Shown in pieces: positions 12,781 through 25,174 of a stretch of DNA of 64,000 nucleotides. The stretch covers positions 132,518,653 to 132,582,652 of the forward strand of contig NC_052162.1 of NCBI RefSeq assembly GCF_902713615.1, given 5' to 3'. Under the pieces are notes generated by a model. It was not told the DNA's origin, made no database searches, and was given only the letters and a program-made list of their open reading frames with translations. This DNA comes from Scyliorhinus canicula. Its lineage: Eukaryota. The position numbers and the translations under genes are program-made. Each line of letters opens with the position of its first letter. Position 1 is the first letter of the stretch.

Positions 12781-13874
12781 TCAGAATTCAGGGGCATGTA
12801 TTTGAAAGACAGTGGGTGTGACTGGGCTGCCGGTCCTGACACTGGCTGGGCCGGCTGGTGTGGGTGGCTCCTGCCTTGGTCGGCAGGGAGGAGTGGCGGT
12901 AGGACGGGTGTGGGGCCGGGCGACCCCCCCCCCCCCCCACGGGATTGACGCGGTGTCCAGGAACAGACCGTCATTCCCGTGGCCTGCAAGGCAGCCATCT
13001 TGCCGCACATCCCATTGACCACCTATCTTGACCCCTGGTTCTGCAGGATGACACCGGTCGTATGGGTACCCCCACCCCACCACCCCCACATCCCCGCCTC
13101 CACCCAACCACCCATGTACCCCAGTCCCCAACACTACACCCACCCTCCGCCATACCTCTCCCCCCCCCCAACTGGCCACCACCGACGGGCAGGGCATCAC
13201 GCAGCCTGCCCAAGGGCAATGGCCACAGTATCCCCGACAGGGCGGTATGGACCTGGGCCACAGAGAGTGCTGGTGGCCAATGTCAGCCATGGCCCACTGT
13301 GACTGGACCATGCTTCGGAGCGCCGCTGCAATGCCCAGCTGGCTCTGACACATGGCTGCCTGTGAGAGGGCAGCCCTGTCCTGAGCCTCGGCCATTGCCT
13401 GCACAGAGTGCCCCAGACCTTGGACTGGCCTTGATCCATGGCAGAAACCCTCACCCTGAGGCATCCACGTGCGGTGTTGGCCTGGGTGGCACACATGGTC
13501 GGCACCACCTCCGGCTGCTGCACGCGGTTGGATTCCTCCAACTGCACCAGCAGGTGATGGATTCTCGCCGACAACCCCTCGTGTTGTCCCTGGCTGTGTG
13601 ACTGCATCTCCTCAATCGAGCTGACCGTCCGTTCCAGAAGCCTGAAACCCGTCTGCAGGGCAGCTAGTCCCTGGGGTCGGCCTGCCCTCCGACCGCCCGC
13701 CCCCTGGGGAGCGCCTCCCTCCACCTGCTGAACTGGAGGATGTGTGGTGCTCACCAGATAGTGTCCCAGGAGCCTGTTCACCAACCGAGGTGAGTGTCTC
13801 TGGGAAGGTGGAGGGTGTTGGAGACGCTGTGACAGGAAGTCAGTGTCATCCTTGGACTCGAGCCCCGGGGTGTC

Positions 13875-14365
13875 CTGTGGGGGTGGTGTGGGGGTGAGGG
13901 ATGTGTGGGGGTGAGGGATGGTGTGGGGGTGAGGGATGTGTGGGGGTGAGGGATGTGTGGGGGTGAGGGATGTGTGGGGGGTGTGGGTGTGGTGTGGGGG
14001 CGGTGTGGGGGGTGTGGGTGTGGTGTGGGGGCGGTGTGGGGGTGAGGGTGGTGTGGGTGTGGTGTGGGGGTGGTGTGGGTGTGAGGGTGGTGTGGGTGTG
14101 GGGGTATTGTGGGTGGTGTGGGTGTGAGGGTGGGTGTGGGTGTGAGGGTGGTGTGGGTGTGAGGGTGTGAGGGGTGGTGTGGGTGTGAGGGTGGTGTGGG
14201 TGTGAGGGTGGTGTGGGTGTGAGGGTGGTGTGGGTGTGAGGGTGGTGTGGGTGTGGGGGTGGTGTGGGTGTGAGGGTGGTGTGGGTGTGGGTGTGGTGTG
14301 GGTGTGGGTGTGAGGGTGGTGTGGGTGTGGGTGTGAGGGTGGTGTGGGTGTGAGGGTGGTAGGGG
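13875..14365. repeat. G/T-rich low-complexity minisatellite (GTGAGGGTGGTGTGGGT-like)
   Basis: Direct inspection. Confidence 0.9.
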
Positions 14366-14739
14366 GCTGGTATTGGAGGAGGGGCTGACACACGTGTCAC
14401 GAGGAACCGCAACTCAGCGGGGTCTCACTTCCTCGCCCAATGCCAACCTCCACCCCGGCGACAGCCTCCATCGTGTTGTGTGGCCCTCCCGCCGGGCTAA
14501 ATGGGATAGACTTCGAACACAGCCAGCAACTATCTTCAGCTGCTTCATCAATGACGTTCACTGATGGATACACAATGTTCGGCACCCCATCCACAACCAT
14601 TACACCCTCCACGGCCAGCGCACAGTGACAGCCGTGTGTACCTTCTCCAAGCTGCACTGCAGGAACTCACAGTCTCCTCACACAGCACCTCCCAAACTCT
14701 GGACACTGCCACCTTGGAGGACAAGGGCGACAGACACAT

Positions 14740-15377
14740 GGGGCGGATTCTCTGAGCCCGCGCCGGGTCGGAGAATCGCCAGGGGCCTGGGAGATTCCCA
14801 CAATGACGCTCCGACGCCGGGACGCCGATTCTCCGGTGATTGGAGAATTGGCACCAATCACGCCCGTGCGGTCGCCGTGGCATCGGTTGGGCGCCGCTGA
14901 AATAAGCCTCCATGCCGATTCTCCGTGGGCGACGGGCCGAACTCCCGCCGAGTCCCGCTGGCATGGTTCCAACCTGGTACCACCCGGCGGGTGCTCGGAC
15001 CCGCGGCCGCTGTGGACGTCCTGGTGGGGGTGCGGGGGGATCTGACTCCAGTGGGGGGGGCTCCACGGGGTCCAGGCCGATCGGTGGGTGGGCCCGGTCT
15101 GGAGGGGGCCTACCTCCTGATGCATGGCCCGCTGTAAGTTCGTCGACATGTTTCTCTGCGCCGGTGCGGAGACGGCAACAACGCGCATGCGTGGACCTGC
15201 GCCGGCCGTGCAGGGCTGCCTTTCGGCGCCGGAGCCACGCGCAGCACTCCGGCGCCGTGCTAACCCCATGAACAGCGGTGAATTGCTGGGCCAGGAGGCC
15301 CCTTGATGCCGGCGTACACCACTCAGGTGTTTACGGCGGCGTCAACACTTGGCCGGGATTTCGGAGAATCCCAGCCC
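14740..15377. mobile_element. Harbinger-type MITE inserted in a LINE 3' fragment (about 14600-15625)
   Basis: GGGCGGATTCTC / GGAGAATCCCAGCCC ends. The host LINE sequence resumes after it and is homologous to 7590-7770 and 18290-18660. Confidence 0.75.
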
Positions 15378-15864
15378 CGGTCTCACCTCCACCTGCAAGT
15401 TCCCGTCCAAGCCACACTCCACCCTGACTGGGAAATATATCTCCATTTCTTCCCTGTCATTTGGGACAAAATCCTGGACCACCCTCCCTAACAGCACAGT
15501 GGGTGTACCTACACCACACGGACTGCAGCGGTTCAAGAAGGCAGCACTCCACCATGTTCTCTTGACAATTCCGAGGGGTAATAAATGCCGGCCTAGCCGG
15601 TGATGCACATATCCCGTGAATTAACTTTTAAAAATTATATAATATTTTGGACAGTTTGGTCAACGTCTTGAAGGAAACAAATTCTGGTCCCTTTGTTTCT
15701 AAACTCATTACAAGGTGTGGTGGGCAATGGGTTAAGGAATGCACAATAACCACAAATCAGTGTTTTCTTGTCTTTTAACAAACCACATTGCAACTTTATT
15801 GACTGGTTTAATTTTATTATAACACGTGTGCAGAAAATTCCATGTTGCCATTAATTATGGATTT

Positions 15865-16079
15865 NNNNNNNNNNNNNNNNNNNNNNNNNNNNNNNNNNNN
15901 NNNNNNNNNNNNNNNNNNNNNNNNNNNNNNNNNNNNNNNNNNNNNNNNNNNNNNNNNNNNNNNNNNNNNNNNNNNNNNNNNNNNNNNNNNNNNNNNNNNN
16001 NNNNNNNNNNNNNNNNNNNNNNNNNNNNNNNNNNNNNNNNNNNNNNNNNNNNNNNNNNNNNNNNNNNNNNNNNNNNNNN
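15865..16079. other. Assembly gap (215 N)
   Basis: Run of N. Confidence 1.
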
Positions 16080-16870
16080 CCTCTCTAGCTCTCTCTCCCT
16101 CCCTCGCTCTTTCCCTCTTTCTCTCTCTGCCTCCTACTCTGAATCCCAGTCCCACTCTCTGTCCCTCCCTCTCCCCCGCACCTTCCCTTCCTATGTCCCC
16201 TTTCCCATCCCACACGGCACAGAGACAGAAGCTGGCACTCCCAGGTTGGCTGCACTTTGTACAAACAGGCTGCCTGGGCCATCGTCTGAAAGGACAGAAG
16301 CAAACAGCACAAAACAGGAAGCAGACGACCAGGTTGTTTCTCGTGAGCGATGGAGTGTGGAAGGTAAACATTCATTCATCTCATTCACTGAATTTGTAGA
16401 TGGGAGAGTTGTGGGGTGGGAGGGGCTTCTGATGCTCAGGAACAGATCCTGTTGTCTGGGAATGAATGCTGTAGCTGCCCCACACACTCACATTGCTGTG
16501 ATAGAGGGAAGGAGAGTGTCCTAGAGCGGGAGAAAGAGAGAGAATGAGGAGGAGGGAAAAGAGGGGAGGACTGTGATCTTCTGGAGTGGGGAGAAAGGCG
16601 GGAATTAGAGGGAAAGAGATTAAATGGAATTGGGAGAGTGGGAAAGAGAGGGTAAGAGTGTGTTATACAGTGGGAAAGAGAGAGGAGGAATGAGAGGAAT
16701 GACAAAGGTGAATAAAGTTGGAATGAGAGAGTAATTAGGGAGAAGAGTAAGTGTGGGAGAGAGAGAGAGAGAACACAAAAGGAAGGTATTGAATGATGAT
16801 ATTATAGAGTTGAAGAGAGAGTAAGAGGGAATATGTACCCCATTGGATTGCATTAGAATTGATACGTTAA
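16080..16870 (+). other. Unassigned module copy 2 (core 16229-16363)
   Basis: 102/135 ungapped identities to the copy 1 core by manual alignment. Donor |gtaaac. Confidence 0.6.
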
Positions 16871-18059
16871 CAGATTTATTGTCATTTATTTATGACTTTG
16901 TGAATTGTATTGTGAATCATTCCCCAGTATCGTTGAAATGTATTCAGTTAAATTCCATTGAGATGTGGTTCCTGTTTACATTCCTGAAGGGAAGTAGAAT
17001 TTCCTCAAAAATGGGCTGGGAATTGCCCCCACTATTTGATCTGGGGGATATATTCCATGTTTTCGGATCGAGGGCGTATTTGTCCAATAAAACAAAATGA
17101 AATGAAAATTACTTATTGTCACAAGTAGGCTTCAAATGAAGTTACTGTGAAAAGCCCCTAGCCCCTCGGGGAGGCTGGCATGGGAATTGAACCCGCGCTG
17201 CCAGCCTTGTTCTGCTTTACAAGCCAGCTGTTTAGCTCACTGTGCTAAACCAGCCCCAGACACCTGGGTAACACCCCACACACAGGCCTGTGGTATCTTC
17301 CCTATTTGTGGTCCTCGGCTCTATTCCCACAATATGTGCTCCATGGCATTCCTCACTGTCTGTTCATGAGGTATATTCCCCCCATCACTACACTGCAGGG
17401 GGAGTCCCTCAGCTTTGACACACTGGGAATCTCCCAAGGTATCTGGCACGGGGGTACATCCAGGGCGGGTTGGGGGCAAAATGTCGTCATTCCACCAACG
17501 CTCAGACCCCAGGTACAATTGGAATGTAATGATGGGGAACATTCTCCCAATATCTGTCCCGGCTGTGTTCCCCAAAATGCCATGCCCGGGTGATTTGTGG
17601 ATTCTTGGGACTGGACATTCTCCGCCCGTCCCCCAAAACAATGTTATTGTTCTGTGATGTATTTCCCCAATGTCTGTACTTGGGGAATTTCCTCTCACAT
17701 GGCTTCCTCTCCCATCAATATCCAGTTCTGGTGACTCTTCCCGATTATCAGGTAAATTCCCCCACTGCCTGTACTGGGAGTGTGTGTGGTGTTTCCCTCG
17801 GGCACAGGGCTGGGAATATTCCCCTGATATCCATCCCTGGGATGGATTCTCCCAAATACTCTATTTGAAGGGAATTCCCTTGGACAAGGGATTGGTGATC
17901 TCCCCAGTATTTTGTCCTGGAGTGTACCTTTCCAAGGCGAACCTGTGGTGCCGGTATTCCCATATGTTTGCTGTCCTTCCCATTCTAATAGTGGAGATCG
18001 TGGATTTGGAAGGTACTGTCGAAGGTGGGAGATCAAGGGGGTTACTCTGGACTGAAAGC

Positions 18060-18660
18060 TGAAATGGAGAAACCAGATAAATACTGTGGCTGCAAGAGCA
18101 GGTCCGAGGCTGGGAATTCTGCAACTGGTCAGTCACCTGCCGACTCCCCAGTGCCTTTCCACCAACTACAAGGCAGAAGTCAGGAATGTGATGGAATACT
18201 CTCCACTTGCCTGAGCAACAGCAACATTCCAGCAGCTTGAGGCCATCCAGGGAACAGCAACCTGATTGATTGGCTCCTATCCAGCACTTTAAACATTCAC
18301 TCCCTCCACCTCCGACGTACAGTGACAGCCGTGTGTACCATCTACAAGATGTACCACAGCAACTCACCAAGTCTCAGAACGGCACGTTCCAAACCCGTCA
18401 CCTCTGCCACCTGGAAGGACAAAGGCAGCAGACACATGGTGGGAAGACCATTTGCTGCAAGTTCCCCTGTACGTCGCTCACCATCCTGACTTGGGAGTAA
18501 ACGGCAAAGCCATCACTGTCACTGGGTTAGAATCCTGAAACTCCCTCCCCAATCCTGTGGGAGGACCTACACCACATGGACTGCGGCTGTTTAAGAAGGT
18601 GACTCCCCAAAGGGCCGTTAGGGATGGACAATAAATCCTGTCCTTGCCAGCAGCATCCCC
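18060..18660 (+). mobile_element. LINE 3' fragment (same family as 7590-7770 and 14600-15625)
   Basis: Shared nucleotide sequence aacattcactccctcc...gccgtgtgtaccatctacaagatg...ttccaaaccc...ggactgcggctgtttaagaagg. Confidence 0.7.
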
Positions 18661-18929
18661 AACCCAGGAATGAATATAAAGAAAGTTGTGACTGGGAATC
18701 TCAGCCAATGTCTGGTTCTGAGATATATTTCCCAGGAGCGATACAGGAGAACTTCCACATGGGATGGAGAACTCCCTCTGCCTCCCAATATATTTTCCTG
18801 GGATGTATTTATTCAGAATTGTACTGTTGAGAAATACATTGAACAAGGAATCTCTCCGATATCTGGTCTTCTGATGTGTTCCTCCAGTGACTGGACTCAG
18901 GAAATTCCCGCCTGCAAGAGAATCCGCAC

Positions 18930-19615
18930 TCTCCCCCCGTATCCCCTCTCTCCACCCACTCCACCCCGGTCACCACTACCGAACTCCACTCCCTCCACCC
19001 CCAGCCCCCACTCCCTCCACCCCGACCCCCACTCTCTCCATCCCCGACCCCCACTCCCTCCATCCCCGACCCCCACTCCCTCCACCCCCGACCCCCACTC
19101 CCTCCACCCCCGACCCCCGACCCCCACTCCATCCACCCCCGACCCCCACTCCATCCACCCCCGACCCCCACTCCCTCCACTCTCACTCCCTCCACCCCCA
19201 CTCCCTCCACCGCAACCCCTGTCACCACCACCGACCCCCACCCACTCACTCACCTGACTCTCTCTCCCCTCCCTCACTCCCTCTCTCCATCCCCCCCTGT
19301 CTCCCTCCCTGTCTCTCTCCCTCCCTCCCTGCCTCTCTCCCTTCCTCCCTCCCTGCCTCCCGCTCTTCGTCCCTCTCTTCCTCCATCCCTCTCTCTCTTC
19401 GTCCCTCTCCCTCCCTCCCTCTCTCCCTCCCACCCTCTCTTCGTCCCCCTGTCCCTCCCTCCTTCTCTTCGTCCCTCTCCCTCCTTCCCTCTTTGCCCCT
19501 CTCTCCCTCCCTCCCACTCTCCATCCCTCTCTCTCTCCCTCCCTCTCTCCCACTCTTCGTCCCTCTCTCCCTCCCTCCCTGTCTTCGTCCCTCCCTCCCT
19601 CCCTCCCTCCCCCCC
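18930..19615. repeat. C-rich (CCCCGACCCCCACTCCCTCCA-like) then CT-rich low-complexity tract
   Basis: Direct inspection. Confidence 0.9.
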
Positions 19616-20260
19616 TGCACACAGACAGAGGTTACACTCGGCAGTTTGTACACCTTGTGCAAACTGTCTGCCTGGCAATAACTGCTCGGAGAGAGGCAAC
19701 AAACACAAAACAGGAAGCAGAGGCCCGGACCGTTAGTTGAAGCTACGGAGTGTGAAAATTATACTGAGGGCAGAGGGCCTTGGCACGCACTCACTGACAC
19801 ACAGGGAGAGAGAAAGGGAGAGAGAAGGAGCTGGCCAGTACCGGGAGCTGACAGAAGTTTGTGCAGGGGAGTGGAGGCCAGTGACAGGGTAAGGGAGCGG
19901 TTTATTCCTCGCTCACTCTGGATTTGGAGATGGGTCAATTGTGGGTGTGGAAGGTGGGCCTTTGGTTGCTGAACTGGGAAACAATGCAGTAGCTGCCCGT
20001 CACACAATGAGAGATGGATGTTATGTGATTGGATGGAGTAGAGAGAGGGGGATAGAGATAGAGGAGGGAATGGAGTGGAGGAGTGTGCCATAAAGCAGGA
20101 AAGAGAAATGAAAAAGAAGGAGCGTAATAGAGATTGGGAGCACTAGCAGAAAAGAAAATACAATGAAGAATTATATTGTAGAGTGGAAGAGAGTGAGAAG
20201 GAAAGAGAGGGAAAATGGAGGTGTAGATCTTGGATCGTATTGTAATTGATTGGTCAGTAT
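19250..20260 (+). other. Unassigned module copy 3 (degenerate)
   Basis: Shares CACAAAACAGGAAGCAGA and the downstream TTTATTCCTC...GGAGATGGG. ATG is changed to ACG, the donor is lost, and there is an insertion at about 19760-19895. Confidence 0.55.
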
Positions 20261-21195
20261 ATTGTGATAATTGATTGGTCAGTATATTGTGATCTAATTG
20301 ATTGGTCAGTATATTGTGATAATTGATTGGTCAGTATATTGTGATAATTGATTGGTCAGTATATTGTGATAATTGATTGGTCAGTATATTGTGTTCTAAT
20401 TGATTGGTCAGTATATTGTGATAATTGATTGGTCAGTATATTGTGATAATTGATTGGTCAGTATATTGTGATAATTGATTGGTCAGTATATTGTGATAAT
20501 TGATTGGTCAGTATATTGTGATCTAATTGATTGGTCAGTATATTGTGTTCTAATTGATTGGTCAGTATATTGTGATAATTGATTGGTCAGTATATTGTGA
20601 TAATTGATTGGTCAGTATATTGTGTTCTAATTGATTGGTCAGTATATTGTGATAATTGATTGGTCAGTATATTGTGTTCTAATTGATTGGTCAGTATATT
20701 GTGATAATTGATTGGTCAGTATATTGTGATAATTGATTGGTCAGTATATTGTGTTCTAATTGATTGGTCAGTATATTGTGATAATTGATTGGTCAGTATA
20801 TTGTGATAATTGATTGGTCAGTATATTGTGATAATTGATTGGTCAGTATATGTGATAATTGATTGGGTCAGTATATTGTGTTATAATGGATTGGTCAGTA
20901 TTATTGCGATAATTGATTGGTCAATATATGTGATAATGATTGTCAGTATATGTGTTCTAATTGATTGGTCAGTATATTGCTGATAATTGATTGGTGCTGT
21001 ATATTGTGATAATTGATTGGTCAGTATATTGTGTTCTAATTGATTGGTCAGTATATTGTGTTATAATTGATTGGTCAGTATATTGTGATAATTGATTGGT
21101 CAGTATATTGTGATATTTGATTGGTCAGTATATTGTGTTCTAATTGATTGGTCAGTATATTGTGTTCTAATTGATTGGTCTGTATATTGTGTTAC
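20250..21195. repeat. 25-bp minisatellite ATTGTGATAATTGATTGGTCAGTAT (with 27-bp variants), roughly 35-37 copies
   Basis: Direct periodicity. Confidence 0.95.
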
Positions 21196-21545
21196 GATTA
21201 ATCAATCATTATTTTGTGCTATGATTTATTCACCAATACATTGCATTCCGATCCATGCACACCTATATTGAAATTTATCCAGGTAAATTCCATTGCCCCG
21301 CTCTGTAGGGATTCTCTGGAAAAACAAGATATTGCGGATGCTGGATATCTGAAATAAAAGCAGAAAGTTCTGGAAGAAATCAGCAGCCATTCCAAAGAGG
21401 AGCCAAATTGGACTCGAAATGTTATCTCTGTTTCTCTCTCCACAGATGCTGTGAGACTCGCTGAGTTTTTCACAGGACTTTCAGCATTTTATTTTTGAAT
21501 TCCCTCGTACATGAGCCTGGAAATTACTCCCAATATCTCACAGAA

Positions 21546-21851
21546 TTTACAGCGCAGAAGGAGGCCATTCAGCCCATCGAGTGTGCACCGGCCCGACTTA
21601 AGTCCACACCTCCACCCTATCCCTATAACCCAGTAAACCCACCTGACCTTTTTGGAAACTAAGGGCGATTTGGCATGGCCAATCCACCTAACCTGCACAT
21701 CTTTGGACTGCGGGAAGAAACCGGAGCACCTGGAGGAAACCCACCCAGACACGGGAAGAACGTGCAAACTCCACACAGACAGTCATCTGAGGCCGGATTT
21801 GAACCCGGGTCCCTGGAGCTGTGAGGCAGATGTGCTAACCCAATGTGCCAC
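21546..21851 (-). mobile_element. tRNA-derived SINE (family A)
   Basis: Homologous to 2920-3214. Confidence 0.8.
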
Positions 21852-22292
21852 CCAGAGTCCTGAGGTTTATGGGGATTCCCTCATAAATGAAGGCGGGAAT
21901 CTTCCAGATATCCGATTCTGGTGCAGCTTCCCTCAATATTTATTCCTGGGATGTATTCCCTCAGTATCCGGTGCTGAGGTATATTCACCCAATGACTATG
22001 CCGGGTGTCACAGCCAGACACGGGATTGGGAATCTCCCGCAGTGAATAGTTCTGGAGTGAATTCTCCCAATGCTTGTCCGGAGAGTATTCCCTCTCACTT
22101 AGAACTGAGAAACTCCTCCAATTTCCCTTTGGTACCTTCCTCTCCTGTATTTTGGTTCTGCAGTGTGTTAACCCACTGTTTCTATTGGGGGAATTCCTTT
22201 ATAGGACTGAGATGAGGAGAAATGTCTTCACCCAGAGAGTGGGCGGCCTGTGGAATTCACTCCCACAGAAAGCAGTTGAGGCCAAAACATTG

Positions 22293-23412
22293 TTGGCGGT
22301 GATTCAGCCACCGCGGGTGGATCTGGCGAGAGCCCCAAATCAGGCTGCCCACCAGGCATCCGGCCAATAGCAAGTCACCCGACTCGCTCCACCCAGCGCG
22401 ATATGGATCTTACCCTCGCTGGGCGTGATCCAGATCAGCATATTTAAATGAGCCGGACGCCACTTTCACCCGGAGCCCGGGTGTCATCACCCAGCCTGCG
22501 AGACCTCGACAGGACGGCGTTCAGCACTGGGCTCCACAAATGTGGACCAGATGTGACGGCACCTCGGGGAGTCTGGCAGGCCATGAGAGACCGCGCCAGC
22601 TGTGATACCCAGAAGACTACCGGACCCATCCATTAGAGGTAGACGGAGATAGGCAGGGTGGTACCTTCGCATCACCTCCTGGCACACTGGCCGTCCCACC
22701 TGGGCACTCCTGCAGTGCCAACGTGGCACCCTGTTAGTGTCAATCTGGTACTGCAAGGGTGTCTAGGAAGCACTGCCAGGTTGGTGCTGCAAGGTTGCCA
22801 GACTGGCAATGCCAAGGTACTCGGGTACCAGGTTGCCACTGCTGTCACTGGCACCCTCCACCATCCCAGAGATGCTCACCGTGGTCGGGCACTTTAGTGA
22901 AGAGGCTCCTGAGACGCTATCTGGTGCGCACGACACAAATGTAGCGGTGCATCAGGTGGAGGTAGGAACCCCCGAGGGGATGGACAGTCAGAGAGCGGCC
23001 TATCCCCTGGGACTAGCTGCAGTCCAGACAGGTCTAGCGCCTCTCGAAAGGGCGGTCCCATCAATGTTGGTGATGAAGGCGCAGAGCCAGGGTCTACATG
23101 AGGGGGTGTCAGTAACCATCCAGCGCCTGGAGGTGCAGTGGGAGGAGTCCCACCACCTGCAGGAGGAGGAGGCACTGCTGACAATTCGTGCCTCCCAGAC
23201 CAACACCACATGGGTTGTGTCCGCAACGGCGGCCTTGGGCACGAATTTCCTCCAGTACCTGGCCCTTGGATATATCCACCCAATGACTATACCAGGAGGG
23301 GATTTTCTGCTCCCAGGTCATGTGGTCTCGCTGAAAGTCAACAGGCTCTTTGCTGGGCGCCCGAATCTCCCACGGCAGGACCCCCACACCGGGGCCAGGA
23401 AATCCTGGCCTC
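22293..23412 (+). mobile_element. Harbinger-type fragment (third copy of the partner-gene segment)
   Basis: VHQVEVGTPEG...GLAAVQTG...QSQGLHEG...EES is homologous to the minus-strand translation at 13200-13800. Boundaries approximate. Confidence 0.6.
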
Positions 23413-23484
23413 CGTGTCCCTCAGTTTTATCCATCTCTTCACACCACCGCTTATTTCATTTTATCTTTTCATTTTTTATTGACC

Positions 23485-23490
23485 TGGTTT
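23485..23490 (-). terminator. Candidate polyadenylation signal for membrane IgW mRNA
   Basis: AATAAA on the minus strand about 380 nt downstream of the TM2 stop. Confidence 0.5.
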
Positions 23491-23869
23491 CAAACCAAAA
23501 CATTTACATCAGTGAAAACACTTTAAAAAAAGCTGCAGGCAATAATCTGAACATTTGTTTTTACAACAGTTTTCACAAGACCCAGAGAACAAGCCCTTCC
23601 CTCCTTCCCATTCTCACACTCCCTCCTGACCCCAAATTCCCAATTCCCCAGTCCCGTCCTTCCCAACTCTCCCCCATCCCATCCCAATTCCCCATCCCAA
23701 TCATCCCCAGTCCATTTGAACTTTTAACTCCCAGAATGAGTTGTTGCAGTGCAGTAGCCGAGTATTTTCCAGTGTCTGGCAGAAAGTTCCATTCCCAAAC
23801 ATCACAGGGACATTTCTGGACAATTTAGCTCTTGTATAAATCTGAATATGAGCTGTGAGCATCTGCTGG

Positions 23870-23881
23870 TCACTGCTGAAC
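23870..23881 (-). CDS. IgW: Probable IgW TM2 exon coding part (VQQ*)
   Basis: Acceptor ctgacgtctgtattacag|GTT CAG CAG TGA, phase 0 matching TM1. Lies in the first unique sequence after the 8-kb intronic minisatellite and gives a K-V-Q-Q tail analogous to KVK. Short exon, so the call is inferred. Confidence 0.6.
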   Translation of the reverse strand, partial: VQQ

Positions 23882-24715
23882 CTGTAATACAGACGTCAGA
23901 GTGAGAAATGTGTGTGAGCCTCAGTATATCAGGCAGGGTAACCCAAAAACACAGGTAGTCTGTCTGTCTGCTCGGAAGTGACCCTGAAAGGACTCGGGCC
24001 TGTCCTTATTCTGGGAGATGGACCCGAAAGGACCTGGCCTGTCCTTATTCTGGGAAATGGACCCGAAAGGACTGGGTCTGTCCTTATTCTGGGAGCTGGG
24101 CACTAAAGGACTGGCTCTGTCCTTATTCTGGGAGCTGGACACTAAAGGACTGGGTCTGTCCTTATTCTGGGAGCTGGACACTAAAGGACTGGGTCTGTCC
24201 TTATTCTGGGAGCTGGATACTAAAGGACTGGGTCTGTCCTTATTCTAGGAAATGGATCCTAAAGAACTGGGGCCTGTCCTTATTCTGGGAAATGGACCTG
24301 AAAGGACTGGCTCTGTCCTTATTCTGGGAGCTGGACACTAAAGGACTGGGGCCTGCCCTTATTCTGGGAAATGGACCTGAAGGACTGGGTCTGTCCTTAT
24401 TCTGGGAGCTGGACACTAAAGGACTGGGTCTGTCCTTATTCTGGGGTATTCACACGAAGGGACAAGGAATCTCACCGTAATCCAGGACATGGACATTAAA
24501 GGATAAGGAATCTGTCCTTATTCCGGGACATAGACACTGAAGGACAGGGAATCTGTCCTTATTCTGCGGGATGGACACGAAATGCATGGAATCTGACTTT
24601 TTTCTGTGGAATATAAACTAACGGACAGGAAGTCTGACAATATTCTGGGAAATGGACACTAAAGGACAGGGAATCGGACCGTATTCTGGGAAATGGACAC
24701 TGTGGAATGGACAAT

Positions 24716-25066
24716 GGGCAGCACGGTATCATTGTGGATAGCACAATCGCTTCACAGCTCCAGGGTCCCAGGTTCGATTCTGGCTTGGGTCACTGACTGT
24801 GCGGAATCTGCACATCCTCCCCGTGTGTGCGTGGGTTTCCTCCCGGTGCTCCAGGTTCCTCCCACAGTCCAAAGATGTGCAGGTTAGTGGGATTGGCCAT
24901 GATAAATTGACCTTAGTGTCCAAAATTTCCCTTAGTGTTGGGTGGGGTTACTGGGTTATGGGGACAGGGTGGAGGTGTTAACCTTGGGTAGGGTGCTCTT
25001 TCCAGGAGCCGATGCAGACTCGATGGGCCGAATGGCCTCCTTCTGTACTGTAAATTCTATATCTAC
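24716..25066 (+). mobile_element. tRNA-derived SINE (family A) inside the 41-bp array
   Basis: GGGCAGCACGGT...GGTTCGATTC head followed by the shared core and tail. Confidence 0.85.
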
Positions 25067-25174
25067 ATGTATTTAAAGGACAGGGAATCTGACCATATTC
25101 TGGGTCATGGACACTGAAGGACAGGGAATCTGACCCTATTCTGGGACATGGACACTAAAGGACATGGAATCTGA

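Larger units (their letters stand above)
9227..14510. mobile_element. Composite decayed Harbinger-type transposon region (left TIR at 9227, transposase on +, two remnants of the partner Myb-like gene on - at about 11300-12200 and 13200-14500)
   Basis: GGGTGGGATTCTCCG TIR and a convergent two-gene layout typical of PIF/Harbinger. Segments 11900-12190 and 13250-13600 are mutually homologous, and 12790-13070 repeats 9480-9760. The Myb assignment is inferred from layout. Confidence 0.65.

Noticed and set aside
13197-14412. 398-aa His/Pro/Thr-rich ORF
   Set aside because: It is a GT-rich low-complexity tract fused to a decayed transposon gene.
16085-16375. Minus-strand signal-peptide-like reading (LLPVLCCLLLSF) of the three-copy module
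   Set aside because: The homologous frame has a stop in copy 1 and a frameshift in copy 3, and no consistent start or splice pattern exists. The plus-strand donor is the better-conserved feature.
17250-18050. Recurrent CTCCCAATAT/GGGAAT-like motifs (also at 18690-18900 and 21250-22200)
   Set aside because: They look like a heavily decayed satellite. I could not define a period or boundaries reliably by eye.
18809-19708. Gly/Glu/Arg-rich and Pro/Ser/Leu-rich ORFs
   Set aside because: They are translations of C-rich and CT microsatellites.
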